Shown piece by piece: positions 12,801 to 26,539 of a DNA stretch of 64,000 nt. The DNA is taken from NCBI GenBank assembly GCA_002189035.1, contig NEEC01000016.1, positions 1,798,001 to 1,862,000 of the forward strand. The letters are read 5' to 3'. The position numbers and the translations under genes are program-made. This stretch comes from Utricularia gibba (Eukaryota > Plantae > Magnoliophyta). Every line of letters starts with the position of its first letter. Position 1 is the first letter of the stretch. Below the pieces are notes generated by a model. It saw only the letters and a program-made list of their open reading frames with translations. It was not told where the DNA came from and ran no database searches.

Positions 12801-14164
12801 ATAGAAATTATTCTAAATGTCATTGCACAAGAAATTTATGCTATATTAAAATTTGAATTTAATTATATTGCCATCAAAACATAAATATAACTGTTATATT
12901 ATAATTTTTAATGCTAAGAATTGTATGACTAATTCTTCATAACAATCTCTTACCATGACAATATTTTTTTGGTTGCATGTTTTACAAATCATTTATGATA
13001 CTTATGAATGAACCTATCATTTTCAAAGAAGGTAGAAATTTCATCACTCTTTCAAACTTGAAAAATCAGATGAATGTTTTTCTAAGTAATGGTAATTAAA
13101 CATATGATTATAGTATTCCTTTTGTTGTTGATGAACTTTTGTAATTATGAAAATTATATTGATATATGTATGTTTTTTATTTGATTGCTCATGCTATTAT
13201 TTTAAGGTGTTTGAATAATATATTTTGTTGTGTTTGGAAATATTTAATAAAATGGTTATTATAAAAAATATAATTAAAAATATCATAATGATAAAAATAT
13301 ATTGTATAATATGAAATAAAAATAAAATTATTTTACACAAATGTTGATTTTCAAATCCACTTATTTGTTGTAAATTTCCTCCTCAATAGGATTAGTGCGA
13401 ACAAAAAAAAAAAAGGGATATAAGATTTTAATGTGAAAACCAAATCGATAAAAGCCACAAATGCTAATCACACGAGATCAGAAATTATTCATTAATCACC
13501 GAGTTTCAACATAGGAGCAAGAACATGCTCAATTTGGCAAAACTTTTTCCATAAAACCAAGAAAAACAGCAATGCTCTAAGTGTCGATGAAAATCAAGAT
13601 ATACCTAAATGAAGGCATGTCTTAGCAACTGATCAAGAATCACCAGTAGAGCTCTTGAGACGCTCCTCTGATTTCTGCAAAAAAACCGAACTTAACGATA
13701 GCAGTCATTGGTTCCATTTGTAGCTTCTAGTATTTGGGCTCTGATGAAGGAACGCAAGCTAGATTCGGGCTGGGCCGATTTAGACTTTAGCCCACTTGAA
13801 ATGAGGGAGAACTGCCAGCCCAACATCATTTTACTACATTCTACATATTTGAAATCTCAAATTTCTAATTCTGCAAAAATTAGAACATAATTTCTCTAAT
13901 AATCATATCCTACCAAATTACAATTGATTAACACACCCTAACTGTATATTGTCATCAGAACGAGTTGTTTGAAATATTATCTCGACCAAGAAGATCAGTG
14001 TACCTCAAGAGAAATATTATCTCGGGGCAGAATCCAATCGTTCATCTATGCATCAGTGGCCTGGAAAAACTACAGTACAAGACAAAGGTGAATACTGTAA
14101 AGCAAGCGACTTCATCTTACTGGAGGAAGAAACATGGATAAAAGCATTTTAATGCACTTTCAAG

Positions 14165-17100
14165 TGTTATAAAAGATGAATGGAAGCAGTGATTTTATTA
14201 GATAACCAGGGGGCTTTAAATAGTCAATTACAAGGAAAGTAAAAATAGATAAAATAAAAGAAATAAAATCCATGATGCACGGCTGCATGGAACGATTCCC
14301 AGGCGGTAAAAGTGCAACCCACTCATTCAACCTTTTGACTAGTTCTTGTAATGACTGGGCGTATTCTTGCTTGGACAACTAATGACATCATACTCCTTCA
14401 TGAAGCTCCAAGTTCCACAAACCTTCCCCTAGTCTAAAAATACCTAAGTTCTTCAAACTAAAGGAACTTCCTTTAACCCCAGCAAGGTGTGCAGCTTCAA
14501 GAAAGCATCCGAGGGTAATGTCTTGTTCATGGTATTTGCGATCTGATCCTCTGATTTACAGTAAACCAGTTGCACCTTCCCTTCCTTGTGAAGATTTCTC
14601 AAAAAATGAAACCTTACATGTGTGTGTTTGCTCTTACCATGTAACATCGCATTCTTGGACAACTTGATTGTAGAAACATTATCAACCTGAATAATCAGCA
14701 GTTTGTTTGGTGTTACTCCCAAATGTTGTAAAATTATGAGCACCCAGATTCCTTGACAAGCACTTGAGGTGTCTTCTGTAGTGGACAGTGTGACTATTAC
14801 CTGTTTCCTTGAGCTCCATGCAACACTAGATCCATTTATCATAAACACATACCCTGAGGTACTTTTCCGATCATTTGGATCTCTTGCGTAATCACTGTCA
14901 CTAAAAACACTCAGATCAAGATTTTGAGAGGAGCCAAAAAAATAAACCATAATTCTTTGTCCCTTGGACACATCCCATTATCCTTTTCACAAGTTGCACA
15001 AGGCTCTCTCTTAGTGATGTCATATATCGACTTGCTAGAGCCACATCATACATTAAGTCTGGACAGGTAGTGGTTAGATACATCAAACCACCAATCATCT
15101 TCCTGTATGTCAAGGGATCAGCATATAAGCCATACAAATCCTTACTTACATGCTCATTAGTGGCCGAAGGGGTCTTCAATGACTTGCAGTTGGTCATCTC
15201 AAATTTTGCCAAAAAATCTCTCGCATATTTCCTTTGGTGTAGATAAATTCCTTCTTTAGTTTGCATAACTTCCAAACCCAAGAAATACTTCATCAATCCA
15301 AGGTCGGTCATTTCAATGAACCATGGATTGTTTGAAAGCGTAAATCAGTTTTTCATCACTTCCTGTAAACAATAAATCATCCACATAAACGCTGACAACT
15401 AGAATCGATTCCAAGGTTTTTCCATGTTTGATGAACAGAGATGGTTCCTCATGTTCTCTTGTGAATCCTGTCTACATAAGGTATTTTCCAATCTATTAAA
15501 TTATTAAGGTTTAATTTACGTGTTTAATTTTTCCATAGTTTAAATTAAAACCCATTTGGTGAGGAAGTTTATTTAAACTATAGTTTATAATTTAGCATGT
15601 TTGATAGATGAGTGTAATTGTATAAAAATGATGAATTAACTATTATATCCTTTAATTTCATTTTACTTTCATCTTTTTTTATTCACCAACTTTTTTACTT
15701 TTATCATCTTTTCTTTGTTTTGACAATCTGTGTTTTCAGTTTCTCACACTAGGTTTTGTGTAAGATTACCAAAAAATTCGAGTTTATGTTTTCAAAAACA
15801 ATTGGCTTTGAATTAGGGCTAACAAAAATTTAGATTGGGGGGGGGGGGGGTGACAGTAAAATAGGGAATACACAAAAAATATGAGGGTAAAATAGTCTAT
15901 ACAAAAATACAAGAAGCCAATTTATTTTAAACCCATGTACATGTTGGGTTTAGTTTAAACACTTAAAACCATGAAATCTAAGGATTATTTTAAACCTACG
16001 TTTGAAATTAACCCTGTTACCAAACAATATGATTAATAAACCTAACTGAGGAAAACCAGGCTATTCCTCCTACCAAACTCGCCCTTAGTCTCATTTTGTT
16101 GTTCAAAAACAAGTATGAACATACGATTCGAACTCATATCGGTTTGCAAAATCAAACCCTTAGTGGGATGAAACAGCTTACATGTGTTGTTGCCAATTAA
16201 TAGGCTGACTCCCTTCTGCTGGAGCTATCCAAGATTGAATAAATTATTCCTGAGATCTAGTATACAGTAGACATCAGAGAAGGTATACTTGTGCCCATCA
16301 AATATTAATTTTACATCACCTTTTCACATCATCGTTAGCCATAATCCATCTCCGAGCCTTACTGAATGTTTGAATTTTCCATCCAGATTGCTGAAAAGAT
16401 CCTTTCGTCCACTCATGTGATTTGAACATTCAAAGTTCAAAAACCAAACATCTGGTTTTCCAACTACAACACTGACCTCACTATAGGCCATCAATAAAAT
16501 GTCCTCCTTTTCTTGACTTTCAGAAAAATTAATTTCCTTCTAATGAGGACACTCAACTCTATAGTGTCCCAATTTGTGATAGTGGTAACACTCCACTATT
16601 TCTTTGTTCACATTTAGTCACCCTCGACCTCGTCCTCGACCTCGAAATGAAGATCGTCCTCTTCCTTGGGAGGAACTCGTAGCCAATGCCTGGTCTTCAT
16701 GTATGATAGACTTGCTGAATTTTTGCTCATAAACAGTGAGAGATCCCTGCAGCTCGTCGATGGAAAGATTCTCAATATCTTGGGCCTCTTCTACTGAGCA
16801 TACAATATAATTGTATCTCTCCGGAAGGGACCTTAAGATTTTAAGAACAATGGTAGTGTCAGTAAGATTCTCTCCATAGTTTAGCACATTTCTAGCAACG
16901 ATCAGTACCCAACCAAAGAATTCCGTGATGGTCTAATCATTTTTCATGACCAGATTCCCAAAATCCCTACGCAAAGCTTGTAGGAATGAACGCTTTACAT
17001 GCATATTTCATGAAAACTTCCTCCTCATTGCATCCCATATGGCCTTTCCCGAACTCTTATCAAGTATGGTATTAAGAGTTGGGTGATCAAGAGCTTGAAA

Positions 17101-17571
17101 GATATAATTCTTTCCCTTCATATCCTTCAGAACAGATTCATGAACTGCTTTCCTCTATGCATTTGTCAACATAGCTCCTTCTGCCGACGTCGAGACATCT
17201 TTCTCAATAACTTCCCACAATTCCTTAGATCGTAAGAAATTCTCCATGAGCATAGCCCAATGCTCATAATGTCCATGAAATTTGGGAATTGCCGATTGCA
17301 CGAAATCACCCATTCCTTCGATACCAATTGTTAGAAAAGATAAATGGAAGGAGTGATTTTATTAGATAACCAGGGCGTTTCAAATAGTCAACTATAAGGA
17401 AAGTAAAAATAGATAAAATAAAAGAAATAACATCCATAATACACGACTGCATGGAATGATTCACGCAACCCACTCATTCAACCTTTAGACTAGTTATTAC
17501 AATGACCATACTTATTTTTGCAAGGATAACTGATGACATCATACTACTTCATGAAGCTCCAATTTCCAACA
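14165..17571 (-). mobile_element. Ty1/copia LTR retrotransposon with intact boundaries, internally deleted and non-autonomous
   Basis: LTRs 14165-14419 and 17329-17571 (TG...CA). 5-bp TSD TCAAG at 14160-14164 and 17572-17576. PBS TGGTATC (tRNA-iMet type) just inside the right LTR; PPT (plus aaccttcccct) just inside the left LTR. Gag at 16400-17310 (YDHWAML, KILRSLPERYNYIVCSVEE), RT with YVDD at ~15385, RNase H FSDSDYA at 14453-14971. No integrase. Confidence 0.95.
15492..16090. mobile_element. AT-rich non-coding insertion inside the Copia element, at the position of the missing integrase/RT N-terminus
   Basis: Abrupt switch from RT coding sequence to AT-rich DNA containing a G16 run, then back to protease/pre-integrase coding at ~16090. 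The right end ctaccaaactcgccc|tta resembles a Tourist/PIF-type terminus, but no convincing left TIR was found. Confidence 0.45.
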
Positions 17572-18149
17572 TCAAGCTACTCAAGGCATCCACATTCTTT
17601 CCCTCTGAGCTTCACTTTCAACAATACCTTCAACGACAGGCAGAAAGAAGTGAAGGTAATCGATTACATGCACAAAAACAGGTGTGATTCCCATGGCACA
17701 CAGTCTCAAAACCCCGAAAATCCCAGAAATACAAACCCGGAACCTCTTCCTCATGATGTTGAGCCCTAGCACGGCATTACTCTTTTGCGCGATCCCCCAA
17801 TCATCAGTCGCACAGAATTCGCCTAGTGAGGAAATGGAGAGGAGAGAAGGCGGGATTCAATTCTGGTTCACTTTTAGCCCATCACCGGAGACAGCAGTCA
17901 ATTTGAATAAGAGAAAAAGAAGCTATTTATCGCAAGGGTAATATAGTAATTACATACACTACATGCGTCGGACACATGACCATATTCTCAAATACAGTTA
18001 AACCCATGCATTCTGCTGAGATTCAAATCCGCCTTCATCTTTTTCTCCTCTCCATCTTCATCCATACCTCTTACCTCAAAAATAGTCGGAGTTTTTATTT
18101 TTTTCTTTTTCCGGTGGTTGTTACTGCGACGAAGTTCGGAAACTGGGAA

Positions 18150-19565
18150 ATGGAGACCGGTTACAATCCTCGTACTGTTGAAGAGGTGTTCAAGGATTTC
18201 AAGGGTCGAAGTGCGGGTCTCATTAAGGCTCTCACTAAAGGTATTACCCCCCCCCCCTCCCGAATCTCTTGTGTTCAGCTTTTTTATTTTTTGTGGCATT
18301 TGTTTCGAGTTAATTTTTGATGTTGTGTTTCGCAATTGGAAAGCTTCCTAAATGATAATGTTGGGTGTTCTGTTTCGCAGATGTCGAGGAGTTCTTCCAT
18401 CAGTGTGATCTTGGTACGTTTATTTCATTAATGTTTCATTCCATTAGGGTTCGGTTTAAGAGTCGGGTGTCTCTAAGCTGAACACTGGGCCTATCGACTG
18501 TTGTATTTGATTTTTGGCTTCAGATACTTTGGCACTTTGCTATGGCTGTATCACTAGATTCTTACCTATTTGTGCTCACAAAGTTGAACCCAGAATGACA
18601 GCCGAAGTGTGTAATTATCCCGTGAACTTTTATGTAATAACGATTGTACCACCTGCTTTGGATGAATGCTTGCTTCACATTTACTGTATGGTTGTACGCA
18701 ACTTTAGGTGTGATTGATACATCTGGTTTGGTGCTCACGTGTTCATTTTTTGTAGAGAAGGAGAATCTTTGCTTGTATGGTTTCCCAAGTGAGCAGTGGG
18801 AGGTCAATTTGCCTGCCGAAGCCGAAGAGGTACCCCCGAGCTCCCTGAGCCGGCCCTTGGCATCAACTTTGCTAGGGATGGAATGCAAGAGAAGGACTGG
18901 CTTTCTCTAGTCGCTGTCCACAGTGATGCATGGCTTGTAGCAGTTGCGTTTTATTTTGGTTCCAGATTTGGTTTTCAGAAAGCAGACAGGTACCCCTTTG
19001 TGTTTCTACTCTGTGCGCTCTATCTAGAGTGATGATGAAGTTGGGTGACTCCAGCTCCTCTGCTTTAGCAATAACCCTCCCATGTCTTGGTGCAGGAAGC
19101 GTCTTTTCAACATGATAAATGAGCTTCCCACCATCTTCGAAGTGTTAACCGGCGCAGCCAAGAAGCAACAGAAGGATAAATATTCAGTTTCAAATCATAG
19201 TAGCAACAAGTCCACATCCAACTCCAAATCTGTAATCCAATCTCCACATCTTATCTTCCTGAAATAGCTGGCTATCCCCTTCTTCTAACAATGCTGCATC
19301 AACCCAGCAGGGAAAACCATCAAAGATGCAATTAAAAGACGAGGATGAAGAGGGGTTGGATGAGGAGGAGGAGGAGGATGAGCACGGGGAGACACTCTGC
19401 GGTGCGTGTGGCGAGAACTATGCATCGGACGAGTTCTGGATATGCTGCGACGTGTGTGAGAAGTGGTTCCACGGCAAGTGCGTGAAGATCACTCCTGCTA
19501 GAGCTGAGCATATCAAGCAGTATAAATGCCCTTCCTGTAGCAGTAACAAGTGAGCTCGGCCCTAG
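18150..19565 (+). pseudogene. Alfin-like PHD-finger gene (5 exons) with a frameshift in exon 3 and a premature stop; pseudogene, null allele or assembly error
   Basis: Exons encode [103 protein letters not shown], an acidic stretch and the [55 protein letters not shown]. Lesions: C5 run at 18833-18837 breaks the frame, GCCGAA duplication at 18815-18826, TGA at 19551 in place of R of the usual KRARP* ending. Confidence 0.9.
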
Positions 19566-20537
19566 CCCTTGAAGCCCCTCCTTCAACACCACTACCTCGT
19601 GGCTGTTTCATTGTTTTGTTTGTTGTCGGGGAACAGCTTCGCTCCTTGTAGGTCAACTCTCAACGTTGACAGTTAGTATTTTTAGTATTTGAATCTATTT
19701 TCCTGGAATACTGAAAAATTATTCAAATATTAAAATTAAACCAAATTGAATATACGACACTGCAACGTGGCATCTAACATTTAGAGGCTACTTTCAAAGT
19801 TGAAAAAGTGATTTTTTTTAAAATTAATATTCATGGTGTTTAATTGATAATATTTCTAATTTTAAAAAAACCAATTTATATTTGGTAGAATAACCTTAAT
19901 AAAATGTTTTGTGGATTTAATCACGATTGCAGTCTCAATTATTAATATTAAAGATTTTTTCATCATAAACATAACTTTTTTTAGCTGATTGTGTTTTAAA
20001 TATAAATTTTATTTTCTCATGTTTCATTTTTTACAAACTACATAATGATTTTTTATATATGAACGATAGAGTGCAATGAATTTGATTTTCTCATGTTTCG
20101 TTTTTATAATTTATAATTTTTTATTTTAAAAAAAGTCTTGGGTACATTTGTTTTCATCTATAAATATGAGGAAGATTGTACAAATAGTTTATTTTAAAAT
20201 GAAAAATTCTAGATGGTAGGGAGTAGACAAGAATACGGTTTCATTTGCAATTTACCCATGTCATACATATTATATTCATAAATTATAAGAGTTTCTAAAT
20301 ATGCATTGTTAAAATACTTCAATTTTGAATATTATTTATAAAGTTATTATTTTAACTTACAAAATATCTCAATTTAGAAAATACCTCCAATTTTACAAAG
20401 TATATGTTTATGTTCATTAATTAAAATTCACGAGATATTGGTATACAAAGTCCATCAGTAAGCTCATGAGATGTGTTAGAATTAATTAATAGATAAATCT
20501 TGAGATATAGAGGGACCAAGTTAATATAAGATTTCAT

Positions 20538-21214
20538 GGATAATTGCCGAATGTGCTATTTTTATTTATCCATTTGAGATTTTAAATATTATTGTTTTAC
20601 AATTCCAAAATTAGTCTTAGCTGTTTAATTAGTTACAAAATACAACATTATTGTTATAAAACGATACTTCAGTGTTAATTCACGTGCCCCTCTTTCAATT
20701 TTTGCAAAAATCAATCTAAAACCCTAATTGTATGCGGAAGTTTTGAATATACATCGAGATTTCGCTTCGATCATGATGAGTCTTTAAGATTTTACCTTCG
20801 ATCATGTAGGGAGGTCGAATATGTGCCAAGATTCAACTAGAAGCAAATACAAATCGAGCTATAAAAAATGGAAAATAGCGGTTAGAGGAAATAGATCTAC
20901 CTTGTTATACGACTCTGAACACGATTGGAGCTAAAATCATAAAGACCCATTGCGATTGAAGCGAAATCTCGATATATATTTGAAACTTTTGCATATAATT
21001 AGGGTTTTAGATTGATTTTCACAAAAATTGAAAGAGGGGCACGTAGATTAACAATGAATTATTGTTATGAACTGAAATTTGCAAGTATTTTGTAAACAAC
21101 AATATTGTATTTTGCAACTTAATAAACAATTAAGGCTAATTTTGGAATTACAAAACACTAATGTCTAAAATCACAAATGAAGAAAATGAAAATGAAATGT
21201 TTGGTAATTTTTCC
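20538..21214. mobile_element. Mutator-like MITE (foldback element, about 677 bp)
   Basis: Inverted arms of roughly 250-300 bp (e.g. cacgtgcccctctttcaatttttg versus caaaaattgaaagaggggcacgt; aaaaccctaatt versus aattagggtttt). Termini GGATAATTGCCGAA and TTTGGTAATTTTTCC. 11-bp TSD taagatttcat (20527-20537) / taagatttgat (21215-21225) with 1 mismatch. Confidence 0.88.
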
Positions 21215-21729
21215 TAAGATTTGATGAATAGTATAAGATAGATTAAATAGGCTTAGGGTCTCTAGACCAAACTAAAGTTATAAATAGGGATAGTGACTTA
21301 GGCGCATGGCTTTAGGTGAGAAAGTGAATAGGAGCCAATCACCTAGCAAGGGATAGGAGCAAGATGCTGAGGTAAGTACTTGTAATATACGTGAGTTTAA
21401 TGATGTTTCACCCTTTTGGAAGAAGAGGTAGAGGATGAAGATGAAGATAAAGATTTAGCCTATCAATCATGTAGAGGGCAAGGATTGATAGTGAAGCCCA
21501 CCCCCAATGGCAATGATCAGCACTTGTGCCGATAAGCATGACCACTCAAGCTCTATATGAGCATGGCTATGGTTGACATCCATGGTAGCAATGCCAAGCC
21601 TTCCGGCACGGCAGTACAAGGCCAATATCAAAGATGAGTAGAGGGACAGTTTTGAGGAGACGAGATGAGCAGGGAGTCAAGGGAACAAGGTTTTAATTGA
21701 GGATGTGGTTCGAAATTAAATGAGAGGTG

Positions 21730-22260
21730 AATTATCAATTTCTAAGGTATAAATTTACTTGACTCAAAATTTATTTTTGATTAATTCGAAAGCAACAAAA
21801 TGAGATGAGAATTTTTTCATGGAAACCACCATGACATAAAACCACAGAGCTGGAGAAGCTCATCAAAGAAGAGGTTTCATTAAAAGAGAAAAGAAGAAAA
21901 TTACAAGGGTTGCAAAATAGAGCCTAAAAATCCTCATTTCTCATGAATTGAGCTCCTATTTATAATGGAATCTTGGCCAATCAATTATGAGTAGATCAAC
22001 TACTTTTTGCACTTGGCAGAATTTACTTGATCTTGTTATTTATTCCCATCAACAAATAACCATCTTTTGCTCTGAATTCTTGCAAGTTGGTTACATTTTA
22101 AAATCTCATAAAACAATTGGAGATTGATACTCTCTCAAATCCCTCTCTAGATGTAGCAAATTTATCGGCTATTTCATACCGATTTTACTATCTTTTAAGT
22201 TGATTTATTACTCTAGCCACTTGAAGACCGATTCAGGTTACACAACTAATTTAGGTTTTG
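21730..22260. repeat. Solo-LTR-like dispersed repeat, with an inverted relative at ~49270-49510 and a weaker one at ~13430
   Basis: ttcatggaaaccaccatgacataaaaccacagag (~21815) versus the reverse complement of ~49420-49455, tacatggaaaccatcataatgaaaaaccacagag. Confidence 0.5.
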
Positions 22261-22859
22261 TAACCAACTTTTCTAGTGTACTTCCCTTGCTTTGTGCCAT
22301 GCTCTGAGTTTGACCCTCATTGTTGGGTGTCTCCAGATCTCTTTTTGTCACTATCCCTTATTTGTTTGCACGATACTGATTTTTGATATCATCAAAGGGA
22401 GTCTTTACTTGATGTAATAGATATTCTATATACGAGGGGATATCCTTACATTAGGATAGATGTCTTACCTTTCCATGTGTAGGCAACGAGGATGGCAATG
22501 GTGATGGGGCAGTTGAGATGGAATTCAAGTGACGTGGAGGATATGGTGAAGGGGAATGGCCTCAACTATTCAAATATGATGATGTTTTCTTTTGTTGAAC
22601 TTTGCATATTTCGTGGTTAATGAGTTTATGTTCTTTGTTGCATATTGTGATGAGTGAAGGTGTGTGGGGCAAGAGAACTTGGCCTAGGGTCTCAACATGA
22701 GCTTAGTGACTTGGTACATACGAGGTAGATAATGCTAAACATTTGAGAGCAAGAGGAGTGACAACCTTACCTAATTTGTCCCAAAAGTTACACTTGTTTC
22801 AACATTCTGATATTTAGTGTTGTCACTTAAGATTTAGCTTATTTGTCTTTTATAAGAGG

Positions 22860-25520
22860 GAAGATGTTCTTAGAGCCACCCGACAAGCCCCTTGAGTGCC
22901 ATGTGCCCCTATTGAAAACATATTACTTTTTTTGACAATATGATATCTAGTATCGTCACTTGGGTTTTGGCCATTTCAACATATATAGGGGGTAAAATAT
23001 TGTTGGAGAGTGCCTGGACCATCATAGGGCGCCATGCACCCAACCAAGTCATTCCATACCCATGTGTCATGTTATGTGGCGAGAATTTTCTGCTATGAAG
23101 ACATGAGATTCCCAATGAAAATGGCTACTTGCCTTACCTTCATTTGCCTATGCACACCCCTAACATGGTAGATCCCCAATATTCTCTCCCATGTGACTTG
23201 CGTCTGCTCAATCACTCAACACCTTCATATGTTGCTCCATTAGCTTGCACCAACCATGAGTTACTGCTCTCGTGTGACTCATCCCTCGAACAACACAACT
23301 ACTACTCGGTCGCATCGGCAAGATCACTCGAGCAATCATTGAGCCATAGCACTCCCCGTGTGCATGGCAACTAAGGCTCGTGCCTACCAATGTTGGTTGT
23401 CATACTACCATGCTTGCATCATGGCATTGTTGCTATGGGCACCAACCACAACCCCAAAATTAGTTGGTTTCATTCTACCAAGCTCAAGCTCGGTGTTGTT
23501 GCCATGGGCATCAACCAAAGTTTCACTTGCATCGATCTTATTTGGCCTTGCACCGCCCTACACTAGGTAATTGGTGTTGTTGTCACAAGCATCAATCCCA
23601 GTCCCAATTATTGCCATTGCCTTGTAGTGGGTGAAGCGCCTTGCCACCGCCCTGAGTGGAAATTCGCCTGGCCATCGCTCATTCTTGCCCGATATCCCCC
23701 TTAAAGTTAGTCGCTCACTCGCTCTCGAGATACCCCATATTGTGACATGGTGTGGCTTTCTGATTGCTCTCACCATCTCCTATGTGTGGCCTTCCATGTT
23801 TGCAACGCATTTATCTTATTTATACTCGACATGGTGTGTCTCCACATGTCTTCATCACAACATGCCATCTAATGTTTTACATTGGGTGTCGACCCTAGAT
23901 GATCTCAAACACGTTACGGGCTCCCACATGTCAGTAGAAAGGCATTACATGCTATCATAGCCTGACCATTACTGACACACCACCAACTCTGGCCATGGGC
24001 CTACAACCATGTCGTCTTGCCTCGCCTATATAAGTTGTCTAGGATCAAGTGTTATACACCTCCCCCACTTAAGAAGCTTTGTCCCAAAGCTTCTCCGAAA
24101 AGTATTGGGTACTCTTGTTGTATTTTCATGCTCTTAGGTGGCTTAATCTATGATGTGACTCACTCAGTGCACTTTTACGAATGACATCACCCTTCACTTG
24201 AGCATGCTTACATAATGATCTAGGATGCATAGTGGTTGCACTTGATAGGTCAAATTATCTCTCAACGTGAACCCCCCTTCGTGAACTTCATCTTTTGGCC
24301 TGGTCACACATTGTCTCAATTATGACACATAGAAGACATTGTGCATGCCTTGCATCCTCATGAGTAATGCCAATCAGTATGCCACTGGTTCGACTTGTTC
24401 AGTAAATTTGAAGGGACCAATAAAGCAAGGCCCTAGTTTGCCCAAGCTAAGGTCTCGTGTGATCTCCTTCCATTGTGAGAGTTAAAGATATACCCACACA
24501 CCTTTCTTGAACAACAAGAGCTTACATTTGTTCCCGTATGACCTTTATTGTATCATCGGTTTGTTGTATTAGTTTCGATCCCAAGATTTGTTGTTCCCCC
24601 ACTTCATATCAATGTAGTGTATTGCAACATCGCCATCTATACAATATCTTGAAGGGGGTCATTTCCAAGTTTGTTTGGTGAATATTGTTGTACACGAACT
24701 CCACTAGGTTTGCTCAGATTGTCCATTAGGTTGCGGATGAAATGTCATGCTCATGAGCAACTTTGTACCTAAAGCTTGTTGTAAGGTTGCTGAGAAAATC
24801 ATGTTGAAACTTAAGTCACTATCGAACACAATTAAACCTGGCACTCCATGTAAGCGGATGATCTCCCACATGTAGACTTGGGCGAGTTGTCCTATACTAA
24901 AATTGGCTTGCATGAGTAGGAAGTAAGCACTCTTGATCAGGTGATCCACTATGACCCAGGAAGCATCTAGGCCCTTGTTGGTCTTGGATAACTTGGTTAC
25001 AAAGTCCATAGTGACATGCTTCTATTTTCACATAAGAATTTCAAGTGGTTGCAATAATCCACCATGGTGCTCAGCCTTTACTTGCTAGCAAATCAAGCAT
25101 CTTGGCACCCATTCTACCACCTCTTGCTTCATGTCTTCGCACCAGTAATCTTGTAGAAGATCCTTGTACATTTTTGTGCTTTGAAGTGGGTGGTACAAAG
25201 TGTGTGCTTCCTTGAGAAGTTCGGTCCTAAGTTCACAATCCGTTAGCACCCAAATTCTTATATCCCTAACAATGGTGCCATTGATGCATGTTTCGAAAGG
25301 TCTCTTCCCTCTACGTTCGAAAAACTCTTTCTCTACTTGTGAGTTCTCTCATTGCTAGATCCCTCGTATTTTAGGTATCCAATTCTCATAGGAGGTACAC
25401 GACTTACTAGGAGCATGCCTATGGGAGCACATTCTCTAATATCCCTACTCTCTTGGACATGTTGTGATTATTGATTATCCTGTATGTGTTGGGGCTTCGA
25501 GCTCATCTGAATACCTTAAG
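22860..25520 (-). mobile_element. Degenerate Ty3/gypsy (Tekay/Del-like chromovirus) 3' portion: integrase, PPT and 3' LTR
   Basis: Integrase fragment 24704-25009 (MDFVTKLSKT...HGVPGLIVFDSD...FHPQPNGQSEQT). The minus-strand PPT gtgggggagg abuts the LTR start TGTATAACA at 24058. Left LTR boundary approximate. Confidence 0.8.
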
Positions 25521-26539
25521 CTAAGTCATTTCATCACACATAAATAGAAAAAAAAAATTATTAATCATGAAAATGCAACATTTAATACCCTGAGCATGAG
25601 CATGTCCAAAATAGAAAGTTAAGCACTGTTCCAAAATATTTCTGGATACTATTTTTACTTTTGAAATAACAAAAATAATTTTTGCACGGAACACAATTAA
25701 TTTCTACTTTTAATTATAGTAGAAATATTTCTAAAATCAAGTTATACGAATAGTAAAAATTAAAAGTAACAACATTACTACTTCTATAAATTATTTCTAT
25801 TTCTACTTTATATTTTTTGGGAAGTAGAAATAGTTCGGAGAAATATTCCGGAACACTACTTTAGTAAATGCATAAACATCAACAATCAAGCTTTTTTTCA
25901 AATGCAAAGTCATCCCTCTCTTCCAAGCCCTCTTTGTCACTTGAATTCGATCTTAACCACACCACTCATTCTCAAAAACTATATATGGAAAAGTAATATT
26001 ATACAAAATAAACATGGATTATTACATTGCATTTATCTATGATTCTTTCACCTTCTTTGGATGGGAAGCATCACATTATCCCGTTGAAAATTTAATATGC
26101 TCGTGTGTTACATGAAAAAAAAATTGCGCAAATCGCAAAAGCCAAGTTTTATTTCCATAAATAATTTTTAAATAATAAATAATTGTTTAATAATAAATAA
26201 ATGTATTTTAAAATTAAATTTCTATAATGTTTATTTAAAATTGGGACTCAAACCGAAATTTATGCTTTGGTCTGGGTTCTAGTTTGATTCAAGTTTTATG
26301 ATTCAAATTCTGAATTGAAATGGGAAGAGAGATTAAGTCGGTTTGATGGTTTGCTGATACCGGCTGATCCGCTTTCGTACCGATCACTACATTTGGAGAA
26401 TATCCATCCGGACCCGGTTTACTGGTTTTCCCTGGCGGCGCGCTGTTTTATGTTTCGGTCACTTTAGAAGAAGAAAACCAAAAACCTAGCAACAAATTCT
26501 TTCTCCATTTTTGCCTCTGCGGCTTTTCTGGAAGCTCCC

